Shown one piece after another: positions 40,647 to 52,215 of a stretch of DNA of 64,000 nucleotides. The translations under genes were made by a program, and so were the position numbers. Position 1 is the first letter of the stretch, and each line of letters starts with the position of its first letter. The notes beneath the pieces are model-generated. The model saw only the letters and a program-made list of their open reading frames with translations, did no database searches and had not been told where the DNA came from. Origin of the DNA: Pseudomonadota bacterium (GTDB lineage: Bacteria > Pseudomonadota > Gammaproteobacteria > Burkholderiales > JABEVD01); the NCBI GenBank assembly GCA_021848825.1, contig JAJZTQ010000002.1, positions 5,129 to 69,128 on the forward strand, in the 5' to 3' direction.

Positions 40647-40655
40647 TGGTATAAT
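40647..40655 (+). promoter_or_regulatory. Extended -10 promoter for the kdsD operon
   Basis: TGGTATAAT (TGn plus a perfect TATAAT), 6 nt before the kdsD ATG. Confidence 0.55.
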
Positions 40656-40661
40656 TCCTGC

Positions 40662-41648
40662 ATGATACCTCAAACAGACAGATCTGCTTCCGTGCTCGGG
40701 ATTGCCGCGGAAGTCCTCGAAATAGAATCCAATGCCGTGAAGCGCCTTGTGGAGAGGCTGGATGGCGATTTCGTTCGCGCAGTCGACATGATTCTGGCAT
40801 GCCGCGGACGGGTGGTGGTGAGCGGTATGGGGAAGTCCGGGCATGTCGCGAGGAAGATCGCCTCGACCCTTGCCAGCACGGGAACCCCGGCCTTTTTCGT
40901 GCATCCGGGGGAGGCCAGCCACGGCGACCTGGGTATGATCACGAAGGAGGATGTCTTCGTCGCCCTTTCCAATTCCGGGGAAAGCGCGGAACTGCTCGCC
41001 ATCGTTCCGCTCGTCAAAAGGCAGGGCGCGAAGCTGATTTCGATGACTGGAAATCCTTCCTCTTCGCTCGGCCTGGAATCGGATGTGCATCTCGACACGG
41101 GCGTCGACAAGGAAGCCTGTCCGCTGGGGCTTGCCCCGACTGCCAGCACCACTGCGACGCTGGCCATGGGCGATGCGCTGGCCGTCACGCTGCTTGTCGA
41201 AAGGGGGTTCAGCGCGGAGGATTTCGCATTTTCCCATCCGGGCGGCTCGCTCGGGATCAGGCTGCTCACCCATGTTTCGGACATCATGCGCAGAGATGAA
41301 GCCGTGCCGTTTGTCTCCGAAAATGGATTTTTGATCGACGCCCTTCTCGAGATGTCGAGGAAGGGGATGGGCATGACCGCGATCGTCGACGATGAAAGAA
41401 GGGTGACTGGGATCTATACGGACGGCGATTTGAGAAGGACGCTCGAGGAGGCTGTCGATTTCAGGAAGACCCCTGTTTCGTCGGTGATGACGAGAAATCC
41501 CAAGACGATCGCCCCGAACAGGCTCGCTGCAGAAGCGGTTCAGGTCATGGAACAGTTCAGGATCACCCAGATCCTCGTCGTCGACGAGGAAGAAAGGCTG
41601 ATCGGCGCGCTCAACATGCACGATCTGCTCAGAGCCAAGGTGATCTGA
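40662..41648 (+). CDS. kdsD: Arabinose-5-phosphate isomerase
   Basis: GMGKSGH, HPGEASHGDLG, EACPLGLAPT, HPGG, CBS pair. Confidence 0.95.
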   Translation: MIPQTDRSASVLGIAAEVLEIESNAVKRLVERLDGDFVRAVDMILACRGRVVVSGMGKSGHVARKIASTLASTGTPAFFVHPGEASHGDLGMITKEDVFVALSNSGESAELLAIVPLVKRQGAKLISMTGNPSSSLGLESDVHLDTGVDKEACPLGLAPTASTTATLAMGDALAVTLLVERGFSAEDFAFSHPGGSLGIRLLTHVSDIMRRDEAVPFVSENGFLIDALLEMSRKGMGMTAIVDDERRVTGIYTDGDLRRTLEEAVDFRKTPVSSVMTRNPKTIAPNRLAAEAVQVMEQFRITQILVVDEEERLIGALNMHDLLRAKVI

Positions 41649-42170
41649 TTGGGAGACTTGCTCGAGCGGGCGAAGCGTATTCGCCTCCTGATATTCGATG
41701 TCGACGGCGTGCTGACTGACGGCAGCCTCTACCTTTCCGATTCCGGGGAGGAAATGAAGGCATTCAATACCCAGGACGGTCAGGGCATGAAGATGCTGCA
41801 GGAAAGCGGCGTGAGGCTCGCCATCATCACGGGGAGAAGTTCCCGCTGCGTGGCGCTGCGTGCCGAGAATCTTCGCATCTCGCTGGTATGCCAGGGCGCA
41901 TCCGACAAGCTCGCGGTCTATCGGGAACTGATTTCGTCTTTGGGGCTGGAGCCCGAACAGACAGCCTACATGGGGGATGACGTTGTCGATCTTCCGGTCA
42001 TGAAAAAATGCGGGCTCGCGCTTGCCGTGCCCGATTCCCCCGAAGTCGTCAGGCAGCATGCGCATTACGTGACGAGGCGGCAGGGCGGGCGGGGCGCGGC
42101 AAGAGAGGCTTGCGAATTCTTGATGAGGATGCAGGGAACGTACGACGAACAGATTGCAAGGTACCTTTGA
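41649..42170 (+). CDS. kdsC: KDO 8-phosphate phosphatase
   Basis: FDVDGVLTDG, IITGR, MGDDVVD, GGRGAARE. Confidence 0.94.
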   Translation: MGDLLERAKRIRLLIFDVDGVLTDGSLYLSDSGEEMKAFNTQDGQGMKMLQESGVRLAIITGRSSRCVALRAENLRISLVCQGASDKLAVYRELISSLGLEPEQTAYMGDDVVDLPVMKKCGLALAVPDSPEVVRQHAHYVTRRQGGRGAAREACEFLMRMQGTYDEQIARYL

Positions 42171-42733
42171 TGCCTGAAGGCGTGAGAAAATGGTTTCCTT
42201 TGCTTTTTCTTCTGCTCCTTGCGCTGCTTTCGTACTGGCTGGAAAACAAGGTCAAATTGTCGGCGATTTCCGAGATGGAAAACGCCGGAAACAGCCCCGA
42301 CGTCATCGTGCAGAATCTGGAAATGACGAAGTTCGGCGTGGAAGGCGAACCGAGGGAATCGCTTGATGCGAAGGAATTGCTGCATTACCCTGACAACAGC
42401 ACGAAGCTCACGACGCCCAGGCTGCTGCTCGTTTCACCCGGGCAGGCCGACGTCCATGTCAGCTCGGACTGGGCGATGCTTTCGGAAAACGGCAAGGACA
42501 TCTATCTGCACCAGAACGTGCTGGTGAGAAGGGATGCCTATGCAGGGCGCAGCAGTATGGACCTGACGACCGAGATGCTTCATCTCAATCCGGACGAGCA
42601 TGTTGGCGACACGAACATGCCGGTCAGGCTGAAGGATGCGAAAATGGATGTTCATGCAGTGGGCATGACTTTCAACGACCAAACGAGAGTGGTGAACCTG
42701 CTTTCCCACGTACATGCTGATTATGAAAAATAA
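42170..42733 (+). CDS. lptC: LPS export protein LptC
   Basis: N-terminal TM followed by a beta-jellyroll-like region; position between kdsC and lptA. Confidence 0.85.
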   Translation: MPEGVRKWFPLLFLLLLALLSYWLENKVKLSAISEMENAGNSPDVIVQNLEMTKFGVEGEPRESLDAKELLHYPDNSTKLTTPRLLLVSPGQADVHVSSDWAMLSENGKDIYLHQNVLVRRDAYAGRSSMDLTTEMLHLNPDEHVGDTNMPVRLKDAKMDVHAVGMTFNDQTRVVNLLSHVHADYEK

Positions 42734-43277
42734 ATGGCTGCTTGCATGCTTCCTGCTTTTCTCCCTTTCAGCCCATGCGGAAAAGGCGGACAGGGATCAG
42801 CCCATCCATATCGACGCGGACAGGATAGAGGTCGACGATGCGAAGAAGGTCAGCACCTTTCTGGGCAATGTAATCCTGACTCAGGGCACCTTGACGATCA
42901 CGGCGGATCGCGTGGTCGTGACCCAGGACAGTGCCGGAAACAGGCATGCGACAGCCTATTCGGAGACGCATCCGGTCCGTTTCAAACAAAAGCGCGAGGG
43001 CTACGACGAATATGTGGAAGGCCAGGGGGATAGGGCGGAATATGACAGCAAAACGGATATCGTCGAGCTTTTCGGCAATGCCTATGTCAAGCGCGGCCAG
43101 GATGTCGTGAGGGGGAATTACATTTCCTACAATTCCAACACCGAATTCTTCCAGAGTTCAGGCGGTTCGAAGACGCCCGAGGGCAGGGTTCATGCCGTGA
43201 TCCAGCCGAAGAAGAAGGAAGCGCCGAAAGCGCCTCCCCTGACGATCAAGCCGTCGCAGACACTGGATGCCAAATGA
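42723..43277 (+). CDS. lptA: LPS transport periplasmic protein LptA
   Basis: Signal peptide, [32 protein letters not shown]. Confidence 0.93.
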   Translation: MKNKWLLACFLLFSLSAHAEKADRDQPIHIDADRIEVDDAKKVSTFLGNVILTQGTLTITADRVVVTQDSAGNRHATAYSETHPVRFKQKREGYDEYVEGQGDRAEYDSKTDIVELFGNAYVKRGQDVVRGNYISYNSNTEFFQSSGGSKTPEGRVHAVIQPKKKEAPKAPPLTIKPSQTLDAK

Positions 43278-43996
43278 GCGTACTGAGAGCGGAAAACCTG
43301 AGAAAGCGCTACAAGTCGAGGACCGTGCTTCAGGATGTTTCGCTCGAAGTGAACAGCGGCGAAGTCGTGGGGCTTCTGGGCCCCAATGGCGCGGGCAAGA
43401 CCACCTGCTTCTACATGATGGTGGGCCTGGTCGCCCTGGACGGCGGCGAAATTCATCTCGACGGCGAGAATCTGAGCAGGATGCCCATCCATCTGAGGGC
43501 GAGGCTCGGGCTTTCCTATCTCCCGCAGGAAGCGTCCATTTTCAGGAAGCTCAATGTCGAACAGAACATCCAGGCCGTGCTCGAACTGCAGCGGCATCCG
43601 AGGGAGGAGATCCCTGTCCTGCTCGAGAATCTGCTGGAGGACCTGAATATCGCCCATCTCAGGCACAGCCCTGCGGTCAGCCTTTCGGGCGGCGAGAGAA
43701 GAAGGGTTGAGATCGCGCGCGCCCTTGCCACGAAGCCCCGCTTCATCCTGCTAGACGAGCCTTTTGCGGGGGTTGATCCGATCGCGGTGCTCGACATCCA
43801 GAAGATCATCCATTTCCTGAAGGAAAAGGGGATAGGCATCCTGATCACGGACCACAACGTCAGGGAAATGCTCGGCATCTGCGACAGGGCCTACATCATC
43901 AACGAAGGCATCGTGCTCGCCTACGGAAAACCGGATGAAATCATTTATAATGAAAACGTCAGGAGAGTCTATCTTGGCGAGCATTTCCGCATGTGA
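43274..43996 (+). CDS. lptB: LPS export ABC ATPase
   Basis: [43 protein letters not shown]. Confidence 0.96.
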   Translation: MSVLRAENLRKRYKSRTVLQDVSLEVNSGEVVGLLGPNGAGKTTCFYMMVGLVALDGGEIHLDGENLSRMPIHLRARLGLSYLPQEASIFRKLNVEQNIQAVLELQRHPREEIPVLLENLLEDLNIAHLRHSPAVSLSGGERRRVEIARALATKPRFILLDEPFAGVDPIAVLDIQKIIHFLKEKGIGILITDHNVREMLGICDRAYIINEGIVLAYGKPDEIIYNENVRRVYLGEHFRM

Positions 43997-44015
43997 CGGA
44001 AAGAAAATCTGATTG

Positions 44016-45410
44016 ATGAAACCGACGCTACAGCTCAAGTTATCACAGCAGCTGACCCTGACGCCGCAGCTGCAGCAGGCGATCAAGCTTCTGCAGCTCT
44101 CCACGCTCGAAATGAATCAGGAGGTGGAGCGTTTTCTGCTGGAAAATCCGCTTCTCGAGCGTGAGGAAGCGGAGGAGTCGGGGGGGACATTCCAGGCGGC
44201 CGAGCCCGTTGCCGAGAAGATCGAGGCCCCCGCCCAGCAGGAGACGGACTGGTTCGACAACGATGTCCCTTCCTATTCTTCCGATTCTTCTTCCGACGAC
44301 GATGTCCAGGATTTTCATCCTGCGCAGAGCACCAGCCTGAGGGAACACCTCATCTGGCAGCTCGGCCTGACCCAGCTCACCGAAAGGGACAAGAAGATCG
44401 TCACATTGCTGATCGACGCCCTCGACGACAACGGCTATCTGACGCAGGAGATCGAAGAACTGGCCGAAATGCTGCCCTCAGAGCTTGAAATCGATCTCGA
44501 GGAGCTGACCATTGCGCTGCAGCACCTGCAGCACATGGATCCTGCCGGCATAGGCGCAAGGAATCTTTCGGAATGCCTGGCATTGCAGCTGAAGGCGATG
44601 CCGGAAGACACGCCTTTCAGAAAGGAGGCGCTGGCTGTCGTGAACCAGCACCTGTCCAGCCTTGCCGCCCACGATTTCGCCAAGCTGAAAAGGACGCTGA
44701 ACTGCACGGACGAGGGATTGCGCATGGTGACGCAGCTCATCAGGCAGCTCAATCCGAAACCGGGGGCGGATTATTCCAGCGCGGTGGCGCGTTACATCAT
44801 TCCGGATGTGGTCGTCGAAAAGGTCAAGGGTTACTGGGCTGTCGCGCTGAATCCGGAGGCGATGCCCAGATTGCGCGTCAACAAGCTCTATGCCGACATC
44901 CTGAGCCGTGGGCAGGAGTCGAGCCAGCAGCAGATCGGCCAGCAGCTCCAGGAAGCGAAATGGCTGATCAAGAACGTTCAGCAGCGCTTCGAGACCATAC
45001 TCAAGGTATCTCAGGCGATCGTCGCCAAGCAGCACAATTTCCTGGAGCACGGCGAAGTGGCGATGAGACCGCTCGTCCTCAGGGAAATCGCAGACGAGAC
45101 AGGGCTGCATGAATCCACCGTCTCCCGCGTCACGACGCAGAAATTCATGTTCACCCCGCGCGGGATTTTCGAACTGAAATACTTCTTCGGCAGCCATGTT
45201 TCGACGGAAGCGGGCGGCGCCTGTTCCTCGACTGCGATCAGGGCGCTGATAAAACAGCTGGTCGGTGCGGAGGATGCCAGGAATCCGCTGAGCGACAGCC
45301 AGATTTCTGAAATACTGGGGAAGCAGGGTATTGTGGTTGCCCGCAGAACCATAGCAAAATACCGGGAGTCCCTGAAAATACCCCCCGTGAATCTTCGTAA
45401 GGCGTTATAA
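44016..45410 (+). CDS. rpoN: RNA polymerase sigma-54 factor
   Basis: TPQLQQAIKLLQL, HESTVSR, RpoN box ARRTIAKYRE. Confidence 0.97.
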   Translation: MKPTLQLKLSQQLTLTPQLQQAIKLLQLSTLEMNQEVERFLLENPLLEREEAEESGGTFQAAEPVAEKIEAPAQQETDWFDNDVPSYSSDSSSDDDVQDFHPAQSTSLREHLIWQLGLTQLTERDKKIVTLLIDALDDNGYLTQEIEELAEMLPSELEIDLEELTIALQHLQHMDPAGIGARNLSECLALQLKAMPEDTPFRKEALAVVNQHLSSLAAHDFAKLKRTLNCTDEGLRMVTQLIRQLNPKPGADYSSAVARYIIPDVVVEKVKGYWAVALNPEAMPRLRVNKLYADILSRGQESSQQQIGQQLQEAKWLIKNVQQRFETILKVSQAIVAKQHNFLEHGEVAMRPLVLREIADETGLHESTVSRVTTQKFMFTPRGIFELKYFFGSHVSTEAGGACSSTAIRALIKQLVGAEDARNPLSDSQISEILGKQGIVVARRTIAKYRESLKIPPVNLRKAL

Positions 45411-45428
45411 ACAAAAAGGAGTTCTTCG

Positions 45429-45755
45429 ATGAATATCAATGTCAGCGGTCACCATGTCGAAATCACGCCCGCAATCCGTGATTATGTGAAAGCCAAGCTG
45501 GGGCGCGTTGCCAATCATTTCGATCACGTGATCGACATCAATGCCATCCTTTCGGTCGAAAAGCTCAAGCAGAAGATAGAGGCGACGGTTCACATGCCCG
45601 GGCGGGATTTCTTCGCCGAATGCAGCGACGCGAACATGTATGCCGCGATCGACAACCTTGCCGACAAGCTCGACCGCCAGATCATGAAGCACAAGGAAAA
45701 GGCGATCGAGCGCCGCCTGGACGGCGAAGACCTGAAAATCCAGACCGCCGAATAA
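45429..45755 (+). CDS. hpf: Ribosome hibernation promoting factor (HPF/RaiA)
   Basis: SGHHVEITPAIRDYV, MYAAID...KLDRQ. Confidence 0.92.
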   Translation: MNINVSGHHVEITPAIRDYVKAKLGRVANHFDHVIDINAILSVEKLKQKIEATVHMPGRDFFAECSDANMYAAIDNLADKLDRQIMKHKEKAIERRLDGEDLKIQTAE

Positions 45756-45759
45756 GCTG

Positions 45760-46227
45760 ATGAATCTGATTGCCAGGCTGCTCTCTCCCGAATATGTCCT
45801 GATGGATCTGGAAGCCGGGAGCAAGAAGCGGGTTTTCGAACAGGTCGGGCTATTGTTCGAGAACGGTCTTGGCATTGCAAGAAGCGAGGTTTTCGACAGC
45901 CTTTTCGGCAGGGAAAGGCTGGGTTCAACCGGACTCGGGCAGGGGGTGGCGATCCCGCATGGCAGGATAAAGGGGCTGAGGGAGGCGGCTGGGGCTTTCG
46001 TCAAGCTGTCCACCCCGATTCCCTTCGATGCCCCCGACTCGAAGCCCGTCTGCCTGATATTCGTGCTGCTCGTTCCCGAGCGTGCAACCGACCTGCATCT
46101 GCAGATCCTCGGGGAGCTCGCGCAGATGTTCAGCGACAAGCATTTCAGGGAAAGCCTGATGAATGCATCGAGACCCGCCGAAGTCGTCGGCCTGATCGCC
46201 GAATGGAAACCCCATGCCGCAGATTAG
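45760..46227 (+). CDS. ptsN: PTS EIIA-Ntr
   Basis: RERLGSTGLGQGVAIPHGR. Confidence 0.94.
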   Translation: MNLIARLLSPEYVLMDLEAGSKKRVFEQVGLLFENGLGIARSEVFDSLFGRERLGSTGLGQGVAIPHGRIKGLREAAGAFVKLSTPIPFDAPDSKPVCLIFVLLVPERATDLHLQILGELAQMFSDKHFRESLMNASRPAEVVGLIAEWKPHAAD

Positions 46228-47146
46228 CATCGATGACCTGTTCCAGGAACAGAAGGAAAAGCTGGAGCTCGAATGGGTTTCCGGGGGGAACGAGCGGATT
46301 CTGGACGGGAGCAGAATCGAGAATTCGCCCCAGGGGTTGATCGGACACCTGAACTTCATCCATCCGAACTGGGTTCAGGTCGTGAGCCGGGTGGAGAACG
46401 AGTATCTGAACGCATTCGACGGCGACATGCAGAGGAAGATGCTCGAGCCTGTCTTTCGGGGCGACATCGCCTGCATGATCGTCGCGGAGAACGAGTCTGT
46501 CTCTTCGGTTCTTTCAGAGATGGCGAATGTTTTCGGCGTTCCGCTGCTTCGTTCTCCCCAGCAGAGCGTCCATCTGATGTGGCAGCTTCGCCATCAGCTG
46601 ACGAGGCGCCTGGCGAAATCGACTTCGTTGCACGGCGTTTTCCTCGATGTGCTCGGGCTCGGCGTGCTGATCACGGGCGGGAGCGGGGTAGGGAAGAGCG
46701 AACTCGCGCTTGAACTCATCAGCAGGGGAAGCGGGCTTATCGCGGACGATTCCGTTGAATTCTACAGGATTGCCCCCGAGACGCTCGAAGGCAGGTGCCC
46801 GCCGATGCTGCTCGATTTCCTGGAAGTGAGGGGAATCGGGCTGCTCAACATCAGGACGATCTTCGGAGAAAATGCGATGAGGCCGAGGAAGAATCTGAAG
46901 CTGATCGTCAATCTGAAGCGATCCTCCGAATCCGACCTGTCCGAGATCGATCGTCTTCCGCTCGATCGGAGAAAGCGTGAAATCCTCGGCGTCGAAATCA
47001 GCGAGGTGACGCTTCCCGTTGCGGTGGGACGAAACCTCGCGGTTCTGGTCGAAGTCGCAGTGCGCAACCATATCCTGCTGCTTCGCGGCAAAGACAGCAC
47101 AAGGGAATTCATAGACAGGCAGAGACTGCACATGGAAGGCGCCTGA
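46214..47146 (+). CDS. hprK: HPr(Ser) kinase/phosphorylase
   Basis: [34 protein letters not shown]. Confidence 0.95.
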   Translation: MPQISIDDLFQEQKEKLELEWVSGGNERILDGSRIENSPQGLIGHLNFIHPNWVQVVSRVENEYLNAFDGDMQRKMLEPVFRGDIACMIVAENESVSSVLSEMANVFGVPLLRSPQQSVHLMWQLRHQLTRRLAKSTSLHGVFLDVLGLGVLITGGSGVGKSELALELISRGSGLIADDSVEFYRIAPETLEGRCPPMLLDFLEVRGIGLLNIRTIFGENAMRPRKNLKLIVNLKRSSESDLSEIDRLPLDRRKREILGVEISEVTLPVAVGRNLAVLVEVAVRNHILLLRGKDSTREFIDRQRLHMEGA

Positions 47147-47147
47147 G

Positions 47148-47981
47148 ATGCAGATCATATTGATCAGCGGCCTTTCAGGTTCGGGAAAAAGCATCGCCCT
47201 CAATGTGCTGGAGGATGCGGGTTATTATTGCGTCGACAATCTACCTGTCAGGTTGCTCACCGATCTGACGAGGATTTTGCTCCAGTCGGGTACGGAGCGC
47301 ATCGCGGTGAGCGTCGATGTCAGGAGCATCGGCTCGCTTTCCCAGTTGCCCCAGCATATCCAGGCATTGAGAGTGAGGGGAATGGACGTTCGCCTGCTTT
47401 TCCTCGAAGCCAAGACGGACACGCTCGTCAAGCGTTTTTCCGAGACAAGGAGGAAGCACCCCTTGTCCGACGACAGGCTGACCCTGCCTGAATGCATAGA
47501 AAGCGAAAGAGAAATGCTCGCCGATATCAGGGAGCTCGCCCACAAGATCGACACTTCGGATTTGAGTCCGAGCGTGCTGAGAAGATGGATAGAGGAATTC
47601 ATCCATATCGACAGGTCCAAACTCACGCTTCTTTTCCAGTCTTTCGGCTTCAAGCATGGATTGCCGCTCGATTCCGACATGGTTTTCGACGTTCGCTGCC
47701 TGCCCAATCCATTCTACGATCTGAGGCTCAGGCCGCAGACGGGCAAGGACAGGGAAGTGGTCGAATTCCTGGAGAGCGAGGAAAGCGTCGGGCGCATGTA
47801 CCAGGACATCCAGAACTTCATCGAAACCTGGATCCCGAGCTTCATCAGGGACAACAGGAGCTATCTCTCGGTTTCGATAGGCTGCACGGGCGGGCAGCAC
47901 CGTTCGGTTTACGTGGTGGAAAAGCTTGCAGCCCATTTCGCTTCCCTTCAGGTACTGGTCAGGCACAGGGAACTGAAGTGA
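47148..47981 (+). CDS. rapZ: RNase adapter RapZ
   Basis: [38 protein letters not shown]. Confidence 0.95.
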   Translation: MQIILISGLSGSGKSIALNVLEDAGYYCVDNLPVRLLTDLTRILLQSGTERIAVSVDVRSIGSLSQLPQHIQALRVRGMDVRLLFLEAKTDTLVKRFSETRRKHPLSDDRLTLPECIESEREMLADIRELAHKIDTSDLSPSVLRRWIEEFIHIDRSKLTLLFQSFGFKHGLPLDSDMVFDVRCLPNPFYDLRLRPQTGKDREVVEFLESEESVGRMYQDIQNFIETWIPSFIRDNRSYLSVSIGCTGGQHRSVYVVEKLAAHFASLQVLVRHRELK

Positions 47982-48346
47982 TTCGATCAATCAAGCCGGG
48001 CGACTGGCTCGTGATCCTCGCATCCGTTTTTTTCGTGGGGTTTCTTTTCGGCAGGATCTGGCATGCGGACAAGGCGCAGAAGGTGCTGATCAGGAAGGGC
48101 GGGGAAGTGTTCGAGGAAGTGAGCCTCGATCGGAACAGGAAGGTCGCTGTACCGGGTCCCCTCGGCGTGAGCCTCGTGGTCATCTCGAACGGGAAGGCGA
48201 GAGTGGAGAAGGATCCCGGGCCGCATCAGTATTGCGTGAGGCAGGGCTGGCTCGAGAATGCGGGAGATGCCGCGATCTGCCTGCCGAACCAGGTGAGCGT
48301 CGAGCTTTTGGGAGGAAGGAAGCGCTATGATTCGCTCAACTATTGA
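47978..48346 (+). CDS. NusG domain II-containing membrane-anchored protein
   Basis: GTG start overlapping the rapZ stop; KPGD plus TM, GPLG, CVRQGW, ICLPN. Confidence 0.8.
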   Translation: MIRSIKPGDWLVILASVFFVGFLFGRIWHADKAQKVLIRKGGEVFEEVSLDRNRKVAVPGPLGVSLVVISNGKARVEKDPGPHQYCVRQGWLENAGDAAICLPNQVSVELLGGRKRYDSLNY

Positions 48347-48872
48347 AATTTCTTCGACCAGCGAAGACCATCATGTCGCAAGGTGTGCGGCCGCGGCGAT
48401 CGGACTTTCCCTGGTGGATGCGGCGATCCCCACGCCGATTCCCGGCATCAAGCCGGGTTTTGCCAACATCGTGATATTGATCGTGCTCGAAAGATACGGC
48501 TTCAGGACTGCGGCATGGGTCTCGCTTCTCCGCGTCTTCGCAGCGAGCCTTCTTTTCGGTTCCTTCCTTTCCCCAGGCTTCTTCCTCGCGCTCTGCGGCG
48601 CGCTCTCCAGCCTCTTTTCGCTTTTCCTTTCAGGCATCTTGCCCAAGCGTTTCTTCGGCCAGGTGAGCAGAAGCGTCATCGCGGCCTTCGCCCACATATC
48701 GGGTCAGATGGCATTGGCCTATTTCTGGCTGATCCCTCATGCAGGGCTTTTTTCGCTTGCCCCCTTCTTCGCTCTGGCTGCGCTCGTTTTCGGCATCGTC
48801 AACGGGCTCGCCGCTTCGTACTTTTCGGAAAGCGAAAAAGTTGAGGGACTTCATCAAGTTCCAATACAATGA
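48327..48872 (+). CDS. Gx transporter family / heptaprenyl diphosphate synthase component I-like membrane protein
   Basis: IPTPIPGIKPGFANI, LLRV, S...A.AH..GQ; several TM helices. Confidence 0.8.
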   Translation: MIRSTIEISSTSEDHHVARCAAAAIGLSLVDAAIPTPIPGIKPGFANIVILIVLERYGFRTAAWVSLLRVFAASLLFGSFLSPGFFLALCGALSSLFSLFLSGILPKRFFGQVSRSVIAAFAHISGQMALAYFWLIPHAGLFSLAPFFALAALVFGIVNGLAASYFSESEKVEGLHQVPIQ

Positions 48873-48876
48873 AGAA

Positions 48877-49494
48877 ATGAAATCAGAAAAGACCATCGCG
48901 CTTGCGCTGACCGGCGCATCAGGCATGCCCTATTCTCTCAGGCTGATGGAAAAGATTCTGGAAAGCGGATCCAGGCTCTATCTCATCTATTCGGCCGTTG
49001 CCCAGATCGTCATCAAGCAGGAGATGGGGCTGTCATTGCCTTCCCGGGCAAGCGACGCCGAAGCGTACTTCATCGAAAGGTTCAAGCCTGGAAAGGGCAA
49101 GCTCAGGGTGTTCGGGCGCGAGGAATGGTTCTCTCCAGTGACTTCAGGCTCCAATCCTCCGGATGCCATGGTGGTCTGTCCCTGCACCATGGGGAGCCTC
49201 GCGGCGTTCGCTGCCGGCATGAGCCAGAATGTCATCGAGCGCGCGGTGGACGTCGTGCTGAAGGAGAGGAAGAAGCTCATCATCGTGCCGAGGGAAACGC
49301 CGTTTTCGACCATCCATCTCGAGAACATGCTGAAGCTCTCTAAAGCAGGTGCAGTCATCCTTCCGGCAAATCCAGGTTTCTATCACCATCCCGAAACGGT
49401 GGCGGATCTCGTCGACTATATCGTCGCCCGGATACTGGATCATCTGGACATTCCGCAGGACATTTCCCCCAGATGGGGAGAAGGAGAAGAATGA
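48877..49494 (+). CDS. ubiX: Flavin prenyltransferase
   Basis: [33 protein letters not shown]. Confidence 0.94.
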   Translation: MKSEKTIALALTGASGMPYSLRLMEKILESGSRLYLIYSAVAQIVIKQEMGLSLPSRASDAEAYFIERFKPGKGKLRVFGREEWFSPVTSGSNPPDAMVVCPCTMGSLAAFAAGMSQNVIERAVDVVLKERKKLIIVPRETPFSTIHLENMLKLSKAGAVILPANPGFYHHPETVADLVDYIVARILDHLDIPQDISPRWGEGEE

Positions 49495-50657
49495 AGGTAC
49501 ATGAATACCAGGCGAAAGCCATATTGAGCCAGTACGGCGTTCCGACGCCTGAAGGATTCCCTGCATTCAGCGTGAAAGAGGCGCTCGATGCTGCGAAGAA
49601 GCTGGCCGGGAATGCCTGGGTGGTGAAGGCCCAGATCCATGCCGGAGGGCGCGGCAAGGGGGGCGGGGTGAAGCTTGCGAAATCGATGCAGGAAGTCGAG
49701 CAAATTGCCGACTCGATGCTCGGGATGAAGCTCGTCACGCCCCAGACAGGCGGCGAGGGAAGAATCGTCAAGCGCCTTCTGGTCGAGGAAGGGGCCGACA
49801 TCAGGGCGGAATATTACGCAGGCCTCGTCGTCGACAGGGTCAGCCAGCGGGTCGTCCTGATCGGCAGCAGCGAAGGCGGTACCGAGATAGAGGAAGTGGC
49901 GAAGGATGCACCGGAAAGGATAAACAGGGTTACGATCGACCCCGGATGCGGGTTGACCGAGCGGGATGCGCTGGATCTTGCAGAAAAGATGGGCATTCCC
50001 GGGCATGCTCGGAAACCGGCATCAGACATATTCATGTCGCTTTATCGCGCATTCGTCGAGAAGGACGCCATGCTGCTCGAAGTCAATCCGCTGATACTGG
50101 ACGGAAAGGGAAGGCTTCTTGCGCTCGATGCCAAGTTTAATTTCGACGACAACGCGCTCTTCAGGCATCCCGAGATCACTGCATTGCGCGATCTGGACGA
50201 GGAAGATCCGGCGGAAATAGAGGCTTCCCGTTTCGGGCTTTCCTATATCTCGCTCGACGGGGACATAGGCTGCCTTGTCAACGGGGCGGGGCTCGCCATG
50301 GCGACGATGGACATCGTCAAGCTTTACGGCGCTTCCCCTGCGAACTTCCTCGATGTCGGAGGAGGGGCTTCAGTCGAGAAAGTGACGGAAGCATTCAAGC
50401 TGATGCTCGCCAATCCTAAGGTGAAAGTGATCCTCGTCAACATCTTCGGCGGCATCATGAAATGCGATGTGATCGCTGAAGGCGTCGTCGCGGCGGCAAG
50501 GCAGGTGTCGCTCAACGTGCCGCTCGTGGTCAGGCTCGAAGGAACCAATGTCGAGCTGGGAAAGAAAATACTAGCCGAATCCGGGCTTCCCATCATTTCG
50601 GCGAACACCATGATGGATGCTGCGAGACGGGCAGTAGAAGCTTCGAGGGGATGCTGA
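49491..50657 (+). CDS. sucC: Succinyl-CoA synthetase beta subunit
   Basis: [41 protein letters not shown]. Confidence 0.97.
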   Translation: MKVHEYQAKAILSQYGVPTPEGFPAFSVKEALDAAKKLAGNAWVVKAQIHAGGRGKGGGVKLAKSMQEVEQIADSMLGMKLVTPQTGGEGRIVKRLLVEEGADIRAEYYAGLVVDRVSQRVVLIGSSEGGTEIEEVAKDAPERINRVTIDPGCGLTERDALDLAEKMGIPGHARKPASDIFMSLYRAFVEKDAMLLEVNPLILDGKGRLLALDAKFNFDDNALFRHPEITALRDLDEEDPAEIEASRFGLSYISLDGDIGCLVNGAGLAMATMDIVKLYGASPANFLDVGGGASVEKVTEAFKLMLANPKVKVILVNIFGGIMKCDVIAEGVVAAARQVSLNVPLVVRLEGTNVELGKKILAESGLPIISANTMMDAARRAVEASRGC

Positions 50658-51532
50658 TGTCTATACTCGTAGACAGGAATACCAGGGTGATGACCCAGGG
50701 CATGACCGGGAAAACGGGCATGTTCCATACCATCCAGTGCAAGCACTACGCGAACGGGAAGGAATGCTTCGTCGCCGGTGTGACGCCCGGCAAGGGCGGG
50801 CAGCATTTCGAAGGCATACCGGTTTACGACACGGTGAAGGAGGCGAAGGAAAAGACAGGGGCGAATGTTTCCGTCATCTATGTTCCCCCTCCCTTCGCGG
50901 CGGCCGCCATCCTGGAGGCGGTGGATGCCGAGCTCGATCTCGTGATATGCATCACGGAGGGGATTCCCGTGCACGACATGATCAACGTGCGCTACAGGAT
51001 GAAGGAAAAGAAAACGCTGCTCATCGGTCCGAACTGTCCGGGCATCATCACCCCCGATGAAGTCAAGATAGGCATCATGCCCGGACACATCCACAAGAAG
51101 GGCAAGATAGGCGTCGTTTCCCGTTCAGGCACCCTGACTTACGAGGCGGTGGGGCAGCTGATGGAAGTTGGGCTGGGCCAGTCGACCTGCGTGGGCATCG
51201 GAGGCGACCCGGTGAACGGCATGAAGCATGTCGACGTGATGAAGCTTTTCAACGAGGATCCTGAAACGGAGGCGGTGATCATGGTCGGAGAAATCGGCGG
51301 AAACGACGAGGAAATCTGCTCGAGATGGATCAGGGAAAACATGAAGAAGCCGGTGGTCGGATTCATTGCAGGACTCACGGCGCCTCCCGGCAAGCGCATG
51401 GGCCATGCGGGCGCGATCATTTCGGGCGGCGAGGGAGGGGCGGAAGAAAAGCTTGCCGTGATGGAGGAATGCGGCATCAAAGTGACGCGCAATCCTTCTG
51501 AAATCGGGAGGCTGCTCAAGTCGGTATTATGA
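50657..51532 (+). CDS. sucD: Succinyl-CoA synthetase alpha subunit
   Basis: [36 protein letters not shown]. Confidence 0.97.
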   Translation: MSILVDRNTRVMTQGMTGKTGMFHTIQCKHYANGKECFVAGVTPGKGGQHFEGIPVYDTVKEAKEKTGANVSVIYVPPPFAAAAILEAVDAELDLVICITEGIPVHDMINVRYRMKEKKTLLIGPNCPGIITPDEVKIGIMPGHIHKKGKIGVVSRSGTLTYEAVGQLMEVGLGQSTCVGIGGDPVNGMKHVDVMKLFNEDPETEAVIMVGEIGGNDEEICSRWIRENMKKPVVGFIAGLTAPPGKRMGHAGAIISGGEGGAEEKLAVMEECGIKVTRNPSEIGRLLKSVL

Positions 51533-52215
51533 TCGACTGGTCGGGACTCTTCCAGATCATCGCCATAGACATCCTGCTCGGAGGGGACAATGCGGTGGTG
51601 ATCGCCCTTGCATGCAGGGATCTTCCGGAAGAAAAGAAGAAAAAGGCGATGATCTGGGGCATGGCGGGCGCGGTCGGCATCCGGGTCCTGCTGCTGTTCT
51701 TTGCCCTCGCCCTGCTCAAATTGCCCTATCTCAAGATGATCGCCGCGCTCTTCCTCTTCTGGATAGGCATCAATCTGCTCGGGGGAGAGGGGCGAGAGGG
51801 ACAGGCTGAAACAAGGGATGGCCTCTTCTCGGCTGTCAGGACCATCGTTCTTGCCGACGCGGTGATGAGCATCGACAACGTCATCGGCGTCGCCGGGGCG
51901 GCAAAGGACAGCATGCTGCTGATCATCATCGGGATTTCGGTGAGCATTCCGGTGATATTGTGGGGAAGCAGGTTCATCCTGAAAGTGATGGACAGGTTTC
52001 CCTTCGTTATCCTTCTTGGCGCAGGTCTGATAGGATGGGTAGCGGGGGAGATGTTCGCGTCCGATGCCGCCTTGCCGGCAAAGCTTCATGCGCTTTCCAC
52101 GGCAGTGGCTGCCGCTTCGGCGGTGCTCACCGCGCTGATCGGAAAATGGCGCCAGTCGAGAAGGAAGGAAACACCGCGTGAATTCGCGAAGGATTATGGA
52201 GGGGATTCGTCGTGA
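51529..52215 (+). CDS. TerC family (YjbE-type) membrane protein
   Basis: [33 protein letters not shown]. Confidence 0.9.
   Translation: MIDWSGLFQIIAIDILLGGDNAVVIALACRDLPEEKKKKAMIWGMAGAVGIRVLLLFFALALLKLPYLKMIAALFLFWIGINLLGGEGREGQAETRDGLFSAVRTIVLADAVMSIDNVIGVAGAAKDSMLLIIIGISVSIPVILWGSRFILKVMDRFPFVILLGAGLIGWVAGEMFASDAALPAKLHALSTAVAAASAVLTALIGKWRQSRRKETPREFAKDYGGDSS

Noticed and set aside
39286..40800. 504-aa alternative-frame ORF
   Set aside because: Arg/Pro-rich off-frame reading of the antiporter gene.
38634..42065. 1143-aa ORF suggesting a giant antiporter fusion
   Set aside because: The first ~490 aa are the antisense of kdsD/kdsC. The real protein starts at ATG 40598 (MHDTLSL).
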